DNA of 64,000 nt from Ptychomitrium polyphyllum. Taxonomy: Eukaryota. The notes below the pieces were generated by a model that ran no database searches, had not been told where the DNA came from, and saw only the letters and a list, made by a program, of their open reading frames with translations. The number at the start of each line of letters is the position of its first letter. The first letter of the stretch is position 1. Positions 37,907 through 51,367 of the stretch are shown one piece after another. The translations under genes and the position numbers were made by a program. The stretch covers positions 558,001 to 622,000 of the forward strand of contig OZ316776.1 in the NCBI GenBank assembly GCA_973851085.1, written 5' to 3'.

Positions 37907-40900
37907 ATGGGAGAGCGAGATATGCAGTTTGGTTTGGGGGCGCCCATGCATCACAGGGACTATCATTCGCCGCACCACAGTCGCAGCAGGGATGGCGTGG
38001 AGAGGAGCAGCCGTGAGTTTGACCCTTATCTGGACAAGGACAGAGATAGGGGTCGGGATAGATGGAGAGACCGGGAGCACGAGAAAGAGAGGGACCGGTT
38101 CAAAGACAAGGAGCGGGGTCGTGACTACGAGAAAGAAAGAGACAATCGGCGAGACAGGGAACCCTACATTGAGCGCAATGGGCATGCGCCCTCTGGGTCG
38201 GTGGGCCGGGCGGGGATGGTTGGAGGCTTTTCTCACCAGAATGAAGGGAGACCTGGGAGTCGTGACCGGGAGATTCATGGCACTCGCGACGACCATGAAG
38301 ACAGACACGGCTCTGCAGGTTTGGCTTCTACTGTGCTGCACGCATTTGATGCCAGTAGGCCGAGGTAGATGGTTACATTTCGCATCATTGTTTTAGTAAG
38401 GAAGTGCACTCGATTCTGAAATGCGACGTGTGACTTAAGGACTGCGTGGACGGGTTTGGATTGATTCTGGCCTCTGAGCGTAACTTCTGGAGATGAGATC
38501 GACGGGGGTTTCTAGTATCCATATTCGTTGGGCGTTTCGGAACTGCTTTAGGGGATAGAGAACAGTTCGGAACAGTCTATACGGGTATCAACACCGAATC
38601 GATGGGTTTCCCCCACCAGCTGGACCCAGATCTGCTCAATCTTGTGCAGTGGCCTGTAGATCTTTTTCTTTGCCTCATATCTACATTCGTCGCGAGTGTC
38701 GTTGGGTGAGTTGGATATCATTTTTACTCTCACTGAACGACCGGGTTGAGATTACTGAGAGGGTTTGGGGCTGGATGAGGGACAACGAAGATTGGTCGAG
38801 TCGGACCATGCTTTACATGATATTTGAGAAGCACCAGTCGAAAAGTAGCACATCCTCTTCTCCGTATTAGGTTGCTCTGTCCACCTCCACTTTCGCAAGT
38901 GATAACCCAGTTGAGTTAAGATGTCATGGACATAAGTTTTTGAATGGCAAAGAATGAAGGGTTCAGGTGAGGTGTTGCTGGCATGCATTGGTCGGGACAA
39001 GAAAATACGCAAACAAGAATATGTTTGAGCATCACATGGTGGGGAATACAGCGGGGCCACGGGATTGAGGCCTTGCGGATCACTTGTTTGGGCCAGCATC
39101 GTGGGTTTTAGATTCAAGCTACCTAGACCTTCATCTGAAGAGCCCTATTATCTCAGAAGTTACATCCTGGAATAGAACACTTGTACTGCAAGGTCTCCGG
39201 ATATGCAGACTTGTGGGGACTGGAGGGGATGTGTTCAAAATTAGGTTACGATATGGTACGCATCGAACGTTCTTGGGGTAATATTGTCCAAGGGTATTGG
39301 CGTATGATATAGGCGGGTTGACTTTGGGGGTTGGAAACGTAATGGGGTTTCAAGGATTTGTCTCTTGATTGTATTGGGGTTACGAGAAGATAGCGAAGAT
39401 GTAGCTGTAGCTGCTGCGATATCATGGTTATTTTACATTTCCCATGGAACGTCAAACGATTCCGATCTCAATTCTTCGTGGGGGTTGTGGAGGTTATGTG
39501 TGGTGTGGACTTCGATATATTGGTCTTTGGTATAGACCATTTAGTATTGAGAGAGCATCAGCAGCAATTCACCGTTTTGCTAACCTGAGTATGAGAAAAG
39601 ACTCTGGTTGCTTGGCTCTTGCCCACGTTGAGCAATATCAGATGTCCTGGATTCTGGCTGAAGCACACAACCTTTGGGTACACGATAAACACTCAATGCC
39701 TTTTGGAATAGCTTCTTACTATTATTATAAGACTGTTGAATTCAATTAGTCTATTTTGTGCTGGCTCAAATGTGTGACAAGGTTACTCTGACTCCTTGAT
39801 GTGAAGGATCGGTGTACAGTTGTGACTGTCGAAGAAGTTATTAAAGTTCCTGTTCACGGGAAGATTGAAGTTCCAGGAAATGTGTTGTTTCGTTCTAACT
39901 TGTTTCCCTCTGGCAGGGGCAACAGGGGGGCTTGAAGCAAACACGATTTACATATCCAATCTTCCAGAGAGCGTCACTGAAGACAGCCTTGCTGCCTTGC
40001 TGAGCGAGACAGCAAATATTAAGGTTTGAAATCTCTATGCCAAGTTTGTGTAACCTGATATGCTATGTAGCAGTACTTTATAAAACATGATTGACATGTG
40101 ATTGAATATCACTTGTTATGTCTTGCATGTCGCAATTCCAGTTCTCTTTTAGTCTCGGTTATAATTTTTGATTCTTTCGCCCAAATTGGTACCTGGTGCT
40201 AGCTTCGTTTAAACCAATATGATTTGCAGATGGACAGGAAAACAGGAACGCCGATGGTTAAGTTGTTCGGGGACAAGATGGGTGGTCGAGAGGCAGAAGC
40301 GGTTCTGGATGATCCTCGATCTGGAGCTGGCATCGTCAGTTGGTTTAACGGTACCTGATTGTTACCCTCTATTGTTGAAGTTGGTACTGTTAAATCTGAC
40401 TTTGAGTTTTATTTTTTCGTGACAGCACGTACACGGGATTAATAATTAGTTCCTTTTAGTTCAATTTAGTTCTGAATATTCTCAAAAAAATATTGACCGT
40501 TCTATTGGTCCGATATCATCATTCCATGACTTTCTAGCTGGACGATATGATGCTGAGTTGCCTATGTTGCTAGCGAAGCGTTCTTTGGATTTTATTTTCA
40601 TTTTGGTTTGGGTGGCACCTTCCAGGTTGTTGATGTGGCTTATGTGCTTAATCTTTCCAATGCTATGGAATGAAGACGTCTTTGTTTTTTACATGACAGG
40701 GTATGACTTCAAGGGAAGTAAGATACAAGTTTCCCTGGGACATGCGCCACCCCCAGTATCCCGTTCCAGTCATGAGAGGCAAGGAGACTTGTACGGTTCT
40801 CAATTCGACAGGGATAACCAACGGTCAGGTTATAGGGGTGGTAGAGGTCGTGGAAGATATCCAGACCGTATGCCTATCCCTGGTCCAGCATCACGGGGTA

Positions 40901-41969
40901 TGGGGCGCGGAGCATCTATGTTTGGTAGAGGGGGATTTGCTTCACCCGGATTTAACGAATTTCCTACTGGGGGAGAAAGTTTCGGTCGTAACAACCCAAA
41001 TGTTACCCCACGAGAAGGCGATTGGATATGCTCAGAGCCGACGTAAGTAAACTGTGTTTTTTTAATGCCAGATTTAGCATCTAAAGTCGTGATACTTTGA
41101 ACCCTGGCTTCCACGCTTTAAGACTGCAAAAAAATGGAGCCAAGAAGTTTGTCTGAATATGGAATGCTGGATCTTAAACATGGAATTTAACGTGGAACAT
41201 GGAACATGGAATATTAGAACTTTCTTAACGTGCAGAAACGTGGAATACTCTTAGCATGCCGTTTACCCTTCCTCCTGTTTCCACTCTTATTGGCGGGTTG
41301 AATGTCTTTAGGTGTGGGAACTTAAATTTTGCGAGAAGAACACACTGCAACAATTGCAACAAACCCCGGAGGGATCTTGGAGATATCGGAGGGATGCGAG
41401 TAAATGGAGGCTTTAGCCAGGGTGGTTTTGGCGGGCCACCTCATGTCCCATTTATGGGGGGACCAGGGGTTGGAGGAAGGGAGCTGCCTAGAGGATTCAG
41501 TGGACATGGCGAGCCACCAGGGGTTTGGGGCCCAGGAAGAGGCCGGTCAAGTGACTTCGAGCACGGGTCCCTTCCGCCAATATCAGACAGGGGTATGTCT
41601 GATTTCCGACCAGTTAGAGACATGAGAGAACGTGATCTCTATGGAGGAGGTGGCCGCGAAATTTTTCGGGAAAGAGAGCGATTCCACTCTCGACCCCCTT
41701 TCGAAAGAGGCCCTGGCGGCCCCTTAGACAGGATGCCTGTGGATCCTTTCGTTGATAGGGATAGGGACCGCGGCGACCTGTATCGTGAGAAGAGGATTCT
41801 AGATGGTGTGGACCATAGAGGTAGGCCAGGGAGTCCTCCAAGATCACGCTGGGGATCACGAGAGGACAAAGATCGCAGCAGCTCTCCTGGCCGCAGTTTG
41901 TACCGTCCAGACAGACACAGAGATACACGGCGCGAAGAGAGAAGAGACCGAAGAGATGCTCCATACTAG
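37907..41969 (+). CDS. FET/TAF15-like RNA-binding protein: RD/RE-rich N-terminus, RRM, RGG, RanBP2-type zinc finger, RD-rich tail (~546 aa, 5 exons)
   Basis: Exons 37907-38318, 39917-40023, 40230-40350, 40700-41042, 41312-41969 are GT-AG and in phase. The RRM (NTIYISNLPESVTEDSLAALL...IKMDRKTGTPMVKLF...WFNGYDFKGSKIQVS) is FET-type. The zinc finger [26 protein letters not shown] is RanBP2-type. Confidence 0.88.
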
Positions 41970-43394
41970 TTACATGAGAGCATAGATTTGTTGTGGTAGT
42001 GCTGCTGGGCAGCTTCTGTTTTGTGTAACAGCTGCTAGGGTGTGATTGTAGACATATTTTGCCGTCCTTGTGTTTATAGTTAGGGTACCAGAAAGGTTGT
42101 ACAATTGGCCTCTGTCAATCATGGAACACTCCTTTTCCTGGGCTTCTTTTCATTTTGCAGATTAATTTTCTTTCAAATTTCAAAGCTTTTGAATGTGAAT
42201 TCTGAGTCTCTTGAAACGTGAGGTTTTGGTATAAGGACCGTGTTATTGACTCTTCTTAAACCAAGTTAATTCGTATTTTCATATTGTAAGGTAAGCCGCC
42301 CTTGAACACAGGGGTGGTGCCTACTTTTGTAACTAGGTTGATACATAACTAACAAGACCAAACCAACCAACCAATTAGAAGCAATTAATATTGACAACCT
42401 TCATTTTCATTGCTGTTGAAGGACCAACTAGTTTATAGTATCAATTATTCATATATTACTTCTTTAAATCTTGTAATTTCTGTTTACAATAAGTGGATAT
42501 TAATCTCCTTATTCTTATTTTAAATTTGTAAACAATCCAAGGGTTATTTATTTCTTTAGTAAATTGTTATATGTTCTTTAATAAATGATTTTTTTTTAAA
42601 AATTGTTTTATTTATATTAAATCAAACATTTTGTAAAACTTCATTTTATTATTATGATAATTTTATTATTATGATAATGGTGTGGAAGTCCAAAATGGAA
42701 TTCTCTTAGGGCCCAACTTAGGCGTTTTTTTCTATAGGATTAATTTTAGTATTTTGTTGTTATCTTATGTGCACAACAATTTGTTTTTGTTGTGTTTTTT
42801 TAATTAGAAACACAAGGATAGCACAAAACAAGATCAAGGTTGGCCTAAGTTGGATTCTTTTTATAATTTATTCTTTTAAATCACGTTGCTAATCAATCAA
42901 ATGCTTACAATTACACAATTTTACTTTTACTTTTTTTAAAGTTAAGATGCATACAAAGGGTGGCATGGAAAGGAGGACATTTAGGTTCCTATTGTAAATT
43001 ACAAGCCATTTCGGAGTTTTTTTTTAAAGATCTTAATGGAAGTAATATATGTGAATTATAATTGTAAAATTTTATTTTGGACCTTTTGATGTGCGGTTTA
43101 GTTGTTTCTTATTTTAAAACTCTTTTGTTCTCTAATATCTCTGACATGATTTATTTTCGGCTCCCTGAACCTCAATATTTTGTTTATGTTGATTTTCAAT
43201 CACTACATTATGTGTTGTTCATAACCCTTTGTATTCTAGTTATCTTTCTTGTAAAATGTGCCCAACTTAGGCCAGCACCCTCGCCATGGCTGGTGGCCAC
43301 GGATCGCATCCTTGGCTGCGCAGTAACTTACGAGAAGCGCAGCAGCAGTGATCACCAGCTGGGTTTTGTATAACTACACGAACATAGGCCCAGG

Positions 43395-43545
43395 GCTTGA
43401 GGAACTAGTCCATCATGAGAGTGCTGAAAAGTTTCTCTTGCAGAAGGGTGACATCTCGCAGTGGATGTAATGCACTACAAGCTGAGGGACTTGATGTCCT
43501 CCTACAGAAGGGGAGTGACGTCAACGTTGCGTTACATCTGGTCAC
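43395..43545 (+). pseudogene. Possible degraded ankyrin-repeat gene fragment
   Basis: Two ankyrin-like pieces in different frames with stops between them: HESAEKFLLQKGD (compare H.xVVK.LLxKGAD) and GLDVLLQKGSDVNVALHL. Confidence 0.4.
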
Positions 43546-44409
43546 AATATTCAACGAGCTTGCGGATGCTCCTTGCAAGCAGTATCTCCAGCAAGAATTC
43601 TCCTATTGGCCGATTCTACCTTGCACAGCTGAGGAATGATAAACTACAGTTGGACCTTCATGACACCCGGTGTGAGGTTATTTACCTGTGGTAACAACCA
43701 GGAGCTGTAACGCAGGTTTTCTGCTATGGTAAACATACTGTGGGATTACACTAGGTACATGTTATATGGAAATGACCCAAAAATCTGGATCTATTGCCAA
43801 GTGTGGGTACGTTGGTTGCACCATCTAGAACTCCAACGAAGAATGCTGCTTCACATGCCTTGAAAATTTGGACGAGCACAGGTTGCAAGTTCCAAGTAAT
43901 TAATATTACAGACTTGTCTTGTAATCAATCCAGTGGTTATTGACCGGCTATGATACCACTGAATTACACAATCCCAGTCCCACATTGGAGCACGGAAATT
44001 TGAAAGAGAACACTAATGCAACGCATTGGCCTTGACATCCTCTGGAGCTGCAACTCACAATCACAGCTCATAAAAACTTACAAGAAAGAGAATTGATAAC
44101 CCTAGTGATCAAAATTGCAACCATCCTTTGAGGTTGTGCCTTCAAATTGAACTGGAAGTAGTGCACGTGACGGACATACAGTACCTCCACGGCAAAGGTG
44201 TCCTTGAAGGGTGCACCATGCGGTCTATGTTTCTGGTATGTGTGAATAACTGAACTTGATTTTAGTGTACATTGTTCACTCTATTTAGTTTTAACTATGC
44301 TGTCCACTTTCGGAAGAACATGCTAAAATTATCAAGTTGCTGTCGAAAGGACAAATTCTCGACCTAGATACCGAACTAATTCTGCTCCTATAATTCTGCT
44401 TATACGAAT

Positions 44410-45552
44410 TTAAAAAAATTTCTCCGAAGTTGTATGTACAAGTTTCTGAAAGAAGTACCTGGCAAGACCTAACTGGACGTGCTGGATGGCGAGCTTCGTC
44501 CCAGGACACTGCCGTCTTCCTCCTCCAAAAGGCACGAGCTGGAAGTGCTGGCCCTGCATTTCAATTTCCTGTCGTGCTACGAACCGAACAGGGTCAAATT
44601 CATCTGGTTTTACCCACATGACAGGGTCTCTTTGGAGAGCGTAGATGTTGACGAGCACCTGGGTTCGCGGACGAACCTCGAACCCAAGTAGTCGGCAATA
44701 TTCGCCCGAGGATTCGTGCGGGAATGAAACGGCACAAGGCGGGTGGAGGCGAAAAAGCTCCTTCACCGCCGCCTGGAGGTAGGGCAGCTTGGCAATGGCA
44801 GATTCTGAGACTGGTTTGTGAGATTCGAGGTTGCGTTCAAGCTCCTCGCAAAGGTGTTGCACTACCTTGGGGTGGTGGTGCAGCGCTTCCAACGCCCACT
44901 CAATCCCGCGAGTTGAGCCATCGTCGATCGGCTCTGAGGTTGTCATGTCCTGAAACCAGACGCCTGTCAAGCATCAAAGAAAACAAAAGTCTGATAATTT
45001 TTTCCAAATTTCTTTTATCAAATGAGTAGGCTTTACCAGGACGAGATGGAGGTGCTTCCAGTAGGTTGCGAGAGGCGGAAAGCACAAGGAGCTCAAGGTG
45101 TTCGACAGCGTCAGTCTCCCAATTGAGGACGGTCTCGCTCCGAATTCCATGTCGTGAATCTTATAAAATTCCTCAACAGCTGCAACCGAAGACAGTACAA
45201 TCAAATCCTGGGACCACGCCTTGATGTGCATCACGGGGCCATACCGCTTCACCAGGCTGTGTAATACTACTGCTGGGTTGCGTCGTAGGACATAAGTGTG
45301 AAACATAAATTCCCAAGCGGATGCCCTTGGTGGGAGTAGCAACCTCTGCATGTGCAGCCGTTGAAACACGAGGCTGAAGACAGCCCACACAATCGCACTA
45401 AGGAAGAAGTGGGCTACAAAATTGGACGATGATCCTTGAGAAATAGTTTCAGTTCCGAGGGTAGAGTTACCGTAGCGATGCGTTTCGATCCAAAGAACGC
45501 TGAGCTCTGGCATATCCACCGCTACAGACAGCTTGCAACCTAAGCTCGACAT
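44410..45552 (-). CDS. Cytochrome P450 (A-type/CYP71-clan-like), internally deleted, ~351 aa; functional gene or pseudogene unclear
   Basis: Exon 1 (45552-45037): TM anchor, LPP, L.KRYGPVMHIK, F..RP, YWKHLH. 87-nt GT-AG intron at 45036-44950. Exon 2 (44949-44410): IEWA, LPYLQAAVKELFRLHPP (ExxR), VLVNIYALQRDP, FDPVRF (PERF), PFGGGRRQCPG (heme Cys). The D-H helix region is absent. Confidence 0.85.
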
Positions 45553-48127
45553 GGTGCTACTCAACCGGGACACTTTAGGTTACCGAAACCATGAGGAGAA
45601 ATTTGATATCGATCAACCCAAACAGGTTTTATGGTTGAGGAGAGTGTGTAAACGCAATCCTTTGCTGCAAAATTCATGCATTGAGCGGTGTCCAACCCCC
45701 AAGTCAAGCTTCGCCTTCCTCCTGGTCGATAGCTTCCTATCTCACTTGAATGATCCAATCTTTCCGATTTGTAACAGTTTCTAATCTGAAGCTGAAACTC
45801 AACAGTGCTACGGTGAAAACTCGGCTATAGTTGTTGCTATCTAAAGCACCTCCTAGAGCAAGCTCACCATCACCTACATGTAGATGCGCATATGGTAAAA
45901 GCCAAAGGTTCAACTGGATTAACGGGTATCGAGAGACCTGAATCCATTTGTAAAGTATCAGGGGATCAGCGACGGATGCCGCAGCCTGACGCTCATTGAC
46001 GACATTGAGTCGAGGCGTCAAAAACTACACAAATCGAGTCTCATTTGGCTAGACTCATGTATCATCACTGCACCAAAAATTATACTAGCGCGAGTCAAGT
46101 GGCTCGGCTAGTTGACGTCATCTTGAGGTTGGAGAGAGAGAAAACTCAATTTATTACATCAATAATATTCAGTAGAAAAACTTTCCCTCGAGGGAAGGGA
46201 GTAGGAAACAGCTTCTCTTGTCCCCACAGCTGATCTGTTGCTGGATTCCGGGTTGTATACTCTTTCCAGTCCACGGTCACAATTCGAGCCACAAGTTGTA
46301 AATTATTAAACATTTGCTATAAGGTTCATTGCTTTTTGAGCACTAAAGATGCTTAACACCGATCCCCACCAAACACCAAACAAGTACTGATTCCAGGGGA
46401 AGTATCCCAAGTGGAATACGTACAGTCCCACCATAGTGGAAGCGGATAGTTTATAATTGCAGTGCCTATGCAAGGAAGAGGTCAAAACCAACTTGGCTGT
46501 TGCTAAGGCTCATTTTCTGTCACACGGAAGTTAAGAGGTTCAACTGCATTCATCATCCAGCTGGTCAATGTTCAGACAATCCCATGCCTGCCCGCGTCAT
46601 GTTCATTCATGTTTGCTTTCGTCACCTCCACTGTTTCTATGAACAGGGTTATACTAACTTGGGTGCTGAAATTACTTTAGACCATCATTAGACTTGTGGA
46701 CCAGGTAGATTGTTTCCGTGATACAAAACTATCGATTACATAATTAGGCTGTTCGTTTCCAGCTTGCCTGATGTTCGACAATACTTACGGGATCTAGTGC
46801 AACACTAGGTGAATAAGATATAGCCTTCTCTACCCATTAAGATTAGTTAGAAAAAAGCTAAAGCTTCAAATTTTCCAAGAGCCATAGATCTCACGATTTT
46901 TGATAGCAATTTCTCAAGTTTCGGGCCTACCTCAGCGTTACGTTGGCAAGGTAGGATGGCTTCAAGCTGTAATAGATAACAAAAATAACACCGTCAGTTA
47001 CTGATATCCTTTCACAAAAAAGTGATCGTTTTTGTAGAAAATGAGGCCCTTCTAGATTCCGGGTAGAGTCTCATGCACTCAAAAAAAACGGTTACAAGTC
47101 ATTCACTATTGTGTGAATAATGCATACTGGGCTCGAGTGCGCAAGCCCTAACCACTGACAGTGCAATACCATTAAATCTGGATCTTTTGTAAGAGAAAAC
47201 ATTACCCACGATTACGGTAAAACTCTGTTCTTACTTGCAACGAAGCAACTACTGCGAAGTTCTCATGTTATGACAGACTGTTGAAGCAATTTCGACATCA
47301 TTCAGATCACGTAATCTAGGAGCATAGCATATTATGAAGCTCAATACAAACCTGTGCTCAGAAGTCAAAAATAAATTAAGCAATTTTCGAGATCCATGTT
47401 GACATTTATTACACCTTTGCGTTAGTATGGTATTCTCATAACAATGAGTAAATTATCAAAATACGCCAGCCTGTTACTAGTTAGTAAGTTGGGATTTATG
47501 GAGCTGTATATGACTTCTTCACAGGTAAACAATGAGCGAAATTGAGCCTGTTGTTCATAGCGAAAGGCTAACCTATGTCAACTGCTTCACAAAGCCGACC
47601 ATCCCCACGCTTCTATAACGCTTGGCCTCTAAAGAACCGTCCTGCCATTTTTGAAAAAATGAAACAATTAAGAACAAGAAATCCACAGCATCACTATATC
47701 TACAGCAGACGACTGACAAAAAAAAAAGCATTTCGTCTAAAAGCAGAAACACTTATTTCAGAGAAATTTTGTTTAATCACTTTAGACTCTTCACAGGTCA
47801 CGAACTTAATCAGTGTCGATCGAACTGATTCTGAAACTCTACAGCAATTAGCCGACGACACAAAAGTACACACCCAAGCATTTGATAGATGAACCAATGT
47901 ACATTATCTGTACATCCACACTAATCAAAGTGAAGAGTATGCTCCCTGTGCAGGCCAAAAGCAGATCTTTCAATCTGGTCAATACGTGCTGCAAACTCTG
48001 AGGGCGTAAGGTAGTGCTGCTGCTTGTTGTATGTGCGCCAAAAATAGATCATAATTGTAAGATTTATTTGTCTCGGTCAAGTATTTTTCTCCTACTGGTA
48101 TTTTAGCTGAGTAGGCTGAATTTCACG

Positions 48128-51004
48128 TCATTTCTGACCCCAAAAAATACGCAGTGGCGATGCACGATTTGAAACATGAATCTTGCAACCAAAGTTGATA
48201 GGATAACTGTGATGGGATCCATCAATATAGACACTGCCTCTCCTGGAACGCCAATCAATCTGTAGTGCATGATCGTTTTCAAGAAATCCTTTCATGAAAT
48301 GTGGGTATTTGGAGTGTGGACTGTTGGGCTCCCTGACCATAAACTGCAATTTGGTAGATGATAAAAGCATCACAGTTCCACCTGCTGATTTCATTGCTGC
48401 TGTTGAACCTTTTGCCCATATTTAAGGTTCAAGCAAATTACAATGGAAGTTTTATTTGAATGCACATCACATCTAAATGAAAATATGTTCCATTACTCCA
48501 AGTATGCTCCCTTTACGTTATGAATGATGGGTCCAAAGGTAACATAATTTCACACCTGAAACTGCAGCGAGAAATAGTAGCTGGACTGGGATGCGCAATG
48601 AGAATGTCATTCAAAGCCGGTGCACCAATCCTGACTCCATCAATAGATGTTGAGATTCTCGTCAGCTCCATTGGCTCCGTACTTCCATCGAGAATATCAT
48701 CAAGCATCTGACACGACATCATGGATGTGCCCCAAACCAACAGATTCGAGAGCATACCAATAGACATATTAAGTTGGCGGAAATGATTTCATCAGCATCC
48801 TTCAAAACACAGCTGAATCTAGATCCAATCTTAACCCTCAAAAACAAAACGACCAGAATCTTTTAGCACTCGGTTATCAAACAACTGTTTGGAACCTTTC
48901 AGCACTTATTCACTTCATTAGTGACCCTCAATGGTCACACTACCCGATCCGTCTTAGGTTTTTTTATATCTGCCAATACCCATTACTACTACTAAACAAA
49001 ATTATAGGAACACTTAAAACTACTCAAGAACATGAACCAATTAGACTAATTCATAGTTTAAGACACCAATTAGACTATGACGTCAGGAACTCATGCGCAT
49101 TTTGAATTAGCAGTGGCTGCACAAAGATAACCAGAACTCCGGCTGGCATCGAAATGGTGAAGATTATCCTCAACCTGCCACACAAAGCAAAAAAACTAGT
49201 CACTAGGCACCCACATAATCAGGCAGCGAGCTTGAACAAAAGTGAAAACATTATTTAGTAGCATTTTGGAGCTCCACACTATGATCTAATGAGAGATGTA
49301 GTAGCAAACTCCATATCATTGATCAGTACAGATCCTTAATACAAAATTCAGTGTAAAAGGCGGAAGTGTAACTGGCAAACTCTAAGAGAAATTCATTTTC
49401 CAGAAAACAAGTAGGAGTCCTCAGGGCTGCCACAACCAGTGAGTAACCAATGATTGTTTAAGCTCCGATTATCACTAAACAAAATGTGAATAAGCTAAGT
49501 ATGAGACGAAGGAGATTAGCATTTTACAAACACTTCCAAGGTTTGTGTTCAGCTTTCATTGTGGAGGTTTTGTTCAGTTCAGATTTGTGTTAAGGGAAAC
49601 AGGACAAACCTCATCAATGTGAGCAGGGTCGGAATTTACACCCAATACAGGAACAGAACTGTCCAGATATTGGCTCACTTGCAGAAGTGTTCCATCTCCT
49701 CCAACAGTGATCACCAAATCTACATCATGAATAGGAGATTGTAATTCATCCCTCAGATGCATTTCAAACTTCACATGAGTTTGCCGGGAATGGGGTGCAT
49801 CTTTAAACACTCGAATTGTTTGCTTATGAACTCTGTGCTTATCTTGTAGATTACCCACCATCTACACAAAACAGTATTTGCTGAATCAATCGTTGACAAT
49901 AGACCTTCATCCTAGGTACACGGCCTACAGCCATATCATTGTTGTGAGCATGTACACAACTTAGAAGAGGGCCTCAGTGTCAAGTAAACTTGACCAGATG
50001 TATCCAAACCTGGATAAAATCGGAATCATACTCGTGTGGGATATTGACAATCGCTTGCATCACCTACCATATTAAGTGTTTGAGGCCACGGTTCGTTGCC
50101 CTATCCCTTTATTTGAATTCTTTCCTCCAATGATCTGCAAGTGAACTCAAATAGCTTCATCTCACTACGTAACTATAAAGGACATGATTCTTCGACTTGC
50201 TCGAGTCCCTTACGTAGAATGTATGTGCAGAAGAGCAGAGGAATGTATCAAGTCACAGAAACTACGGTAAGAAGAGAAATACGTAACAGATTTTTTTTTT
50301 AAAGTGACTCGAAACTTTAAGAGCTGAAAGCCAAAAGCCATGAGCAATGTTCGTGTTCTAAGAAACCCAAAAGCCCAGAGCAAAAGCTCCGAGGATATGT
50401 TACATACTCTGTCATCGAGGGAGTACTGTCATGAACCTACCTTTGCATTTTATTTAGACTGACTAAACCCGAAATTGAAAGCAATTCAAGCGTAACTGCT
50501 AGTAACAATCAGGAGTCAAAACCAAATAACGTGCATTCTCACAACCAATACCTGGTAATCCCGAAGCTCTTCTTCAGACTCCATGTCATTCACGCGGACA
50601 GAGCACAGTAATCGTAAAATTTCATACAAAAGCCATTGCTTGTCGTAAGCAATACGAAAGATTGCAATGACGGCGCTGTCAGGGAGTAGTCATGCAAGGC
50701 TCTAGGTTTTGTCCACGAATCGAGGGAAACAAAGACAATATGAGCAATGGTCAAGTACACAACGTAGAAATTTAGACAGAATTATCAACCAATTCGAGCT
50801 ACGGCCGCACATTCTAGACACCAAAGAAACTAGTGAACGTCCCGCTGACGAAGGCAACTCAAGCTCCACAAACCGGCAAATAGAAAACACCTCTGCTCAC
50901 TGCAGGCTCCAACATGAGGCGCGTGAAGGTCGGGTCCTGGTGCCTCGCTACATACATGTCATAAGCTTCGGTAGTACCAACACTCGCCGCGTCCTTGCCG
51001 CCAT
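48128..51004 (-). pseudogene. NADK3: NADH kinase (NADK3-like), probably pseudogenised
   Basis: Exons 51004-50901, 49861-49610 (DLVITVGGDGTLL...PVLGVNSDP), 49174-~49100 (FDASRSSGYLCAAT), 48707-48556 (ALNDILIAHPSPATISR) and ~48409-48128 (GSTAAMKSAGG...LQFMVREP...VYIDG). Lesions: exon 1 frameshift, no exon-3 donor (reads into TGA at 49093-49091), and a missing SSGL..TAA segment. Confidence 0.8.
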
Positions 51005-51367
51005 CGCCGACGTTCCAGTCCGCTACGAGTGCCGAGGAGTCACCTAACCCTCGGAAACCCTAAGCATTGCGAAAATCCTCCCTCGCAGCGCTTCCTACAC
51101 CATGAATTCCTGCTCGACGGAGACGAACTCCACACAAGCAAACAGATGCAACGAAACGGCTCCATCATGGCATCGGTTGCATCATCACCGCACAGAAACT
51201 GCCATCACCTCCACCGCTGCGACTGCACAGAGACGTGAAACCCTAGGTGGGAAGAAACAATCGAGCATGGTGAGAATCGGCGATCCTTGCAGGCCAAGCA
51301 CACCTGCAGCATGTTCTCCGTCACCTCATGCTCACTGCCCTGCCTTGCCATTAGCTCCTCGCCTGCA

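Noticed and set aside
37673..38396. Long alternative ORFs (222 aa on -, 189 aa on +) over the TAF15-like exon 1
   Set aside because: They are shadows of the repetitive RD/RE coding frame; only the 37907 frame splices in phase to the RRM.
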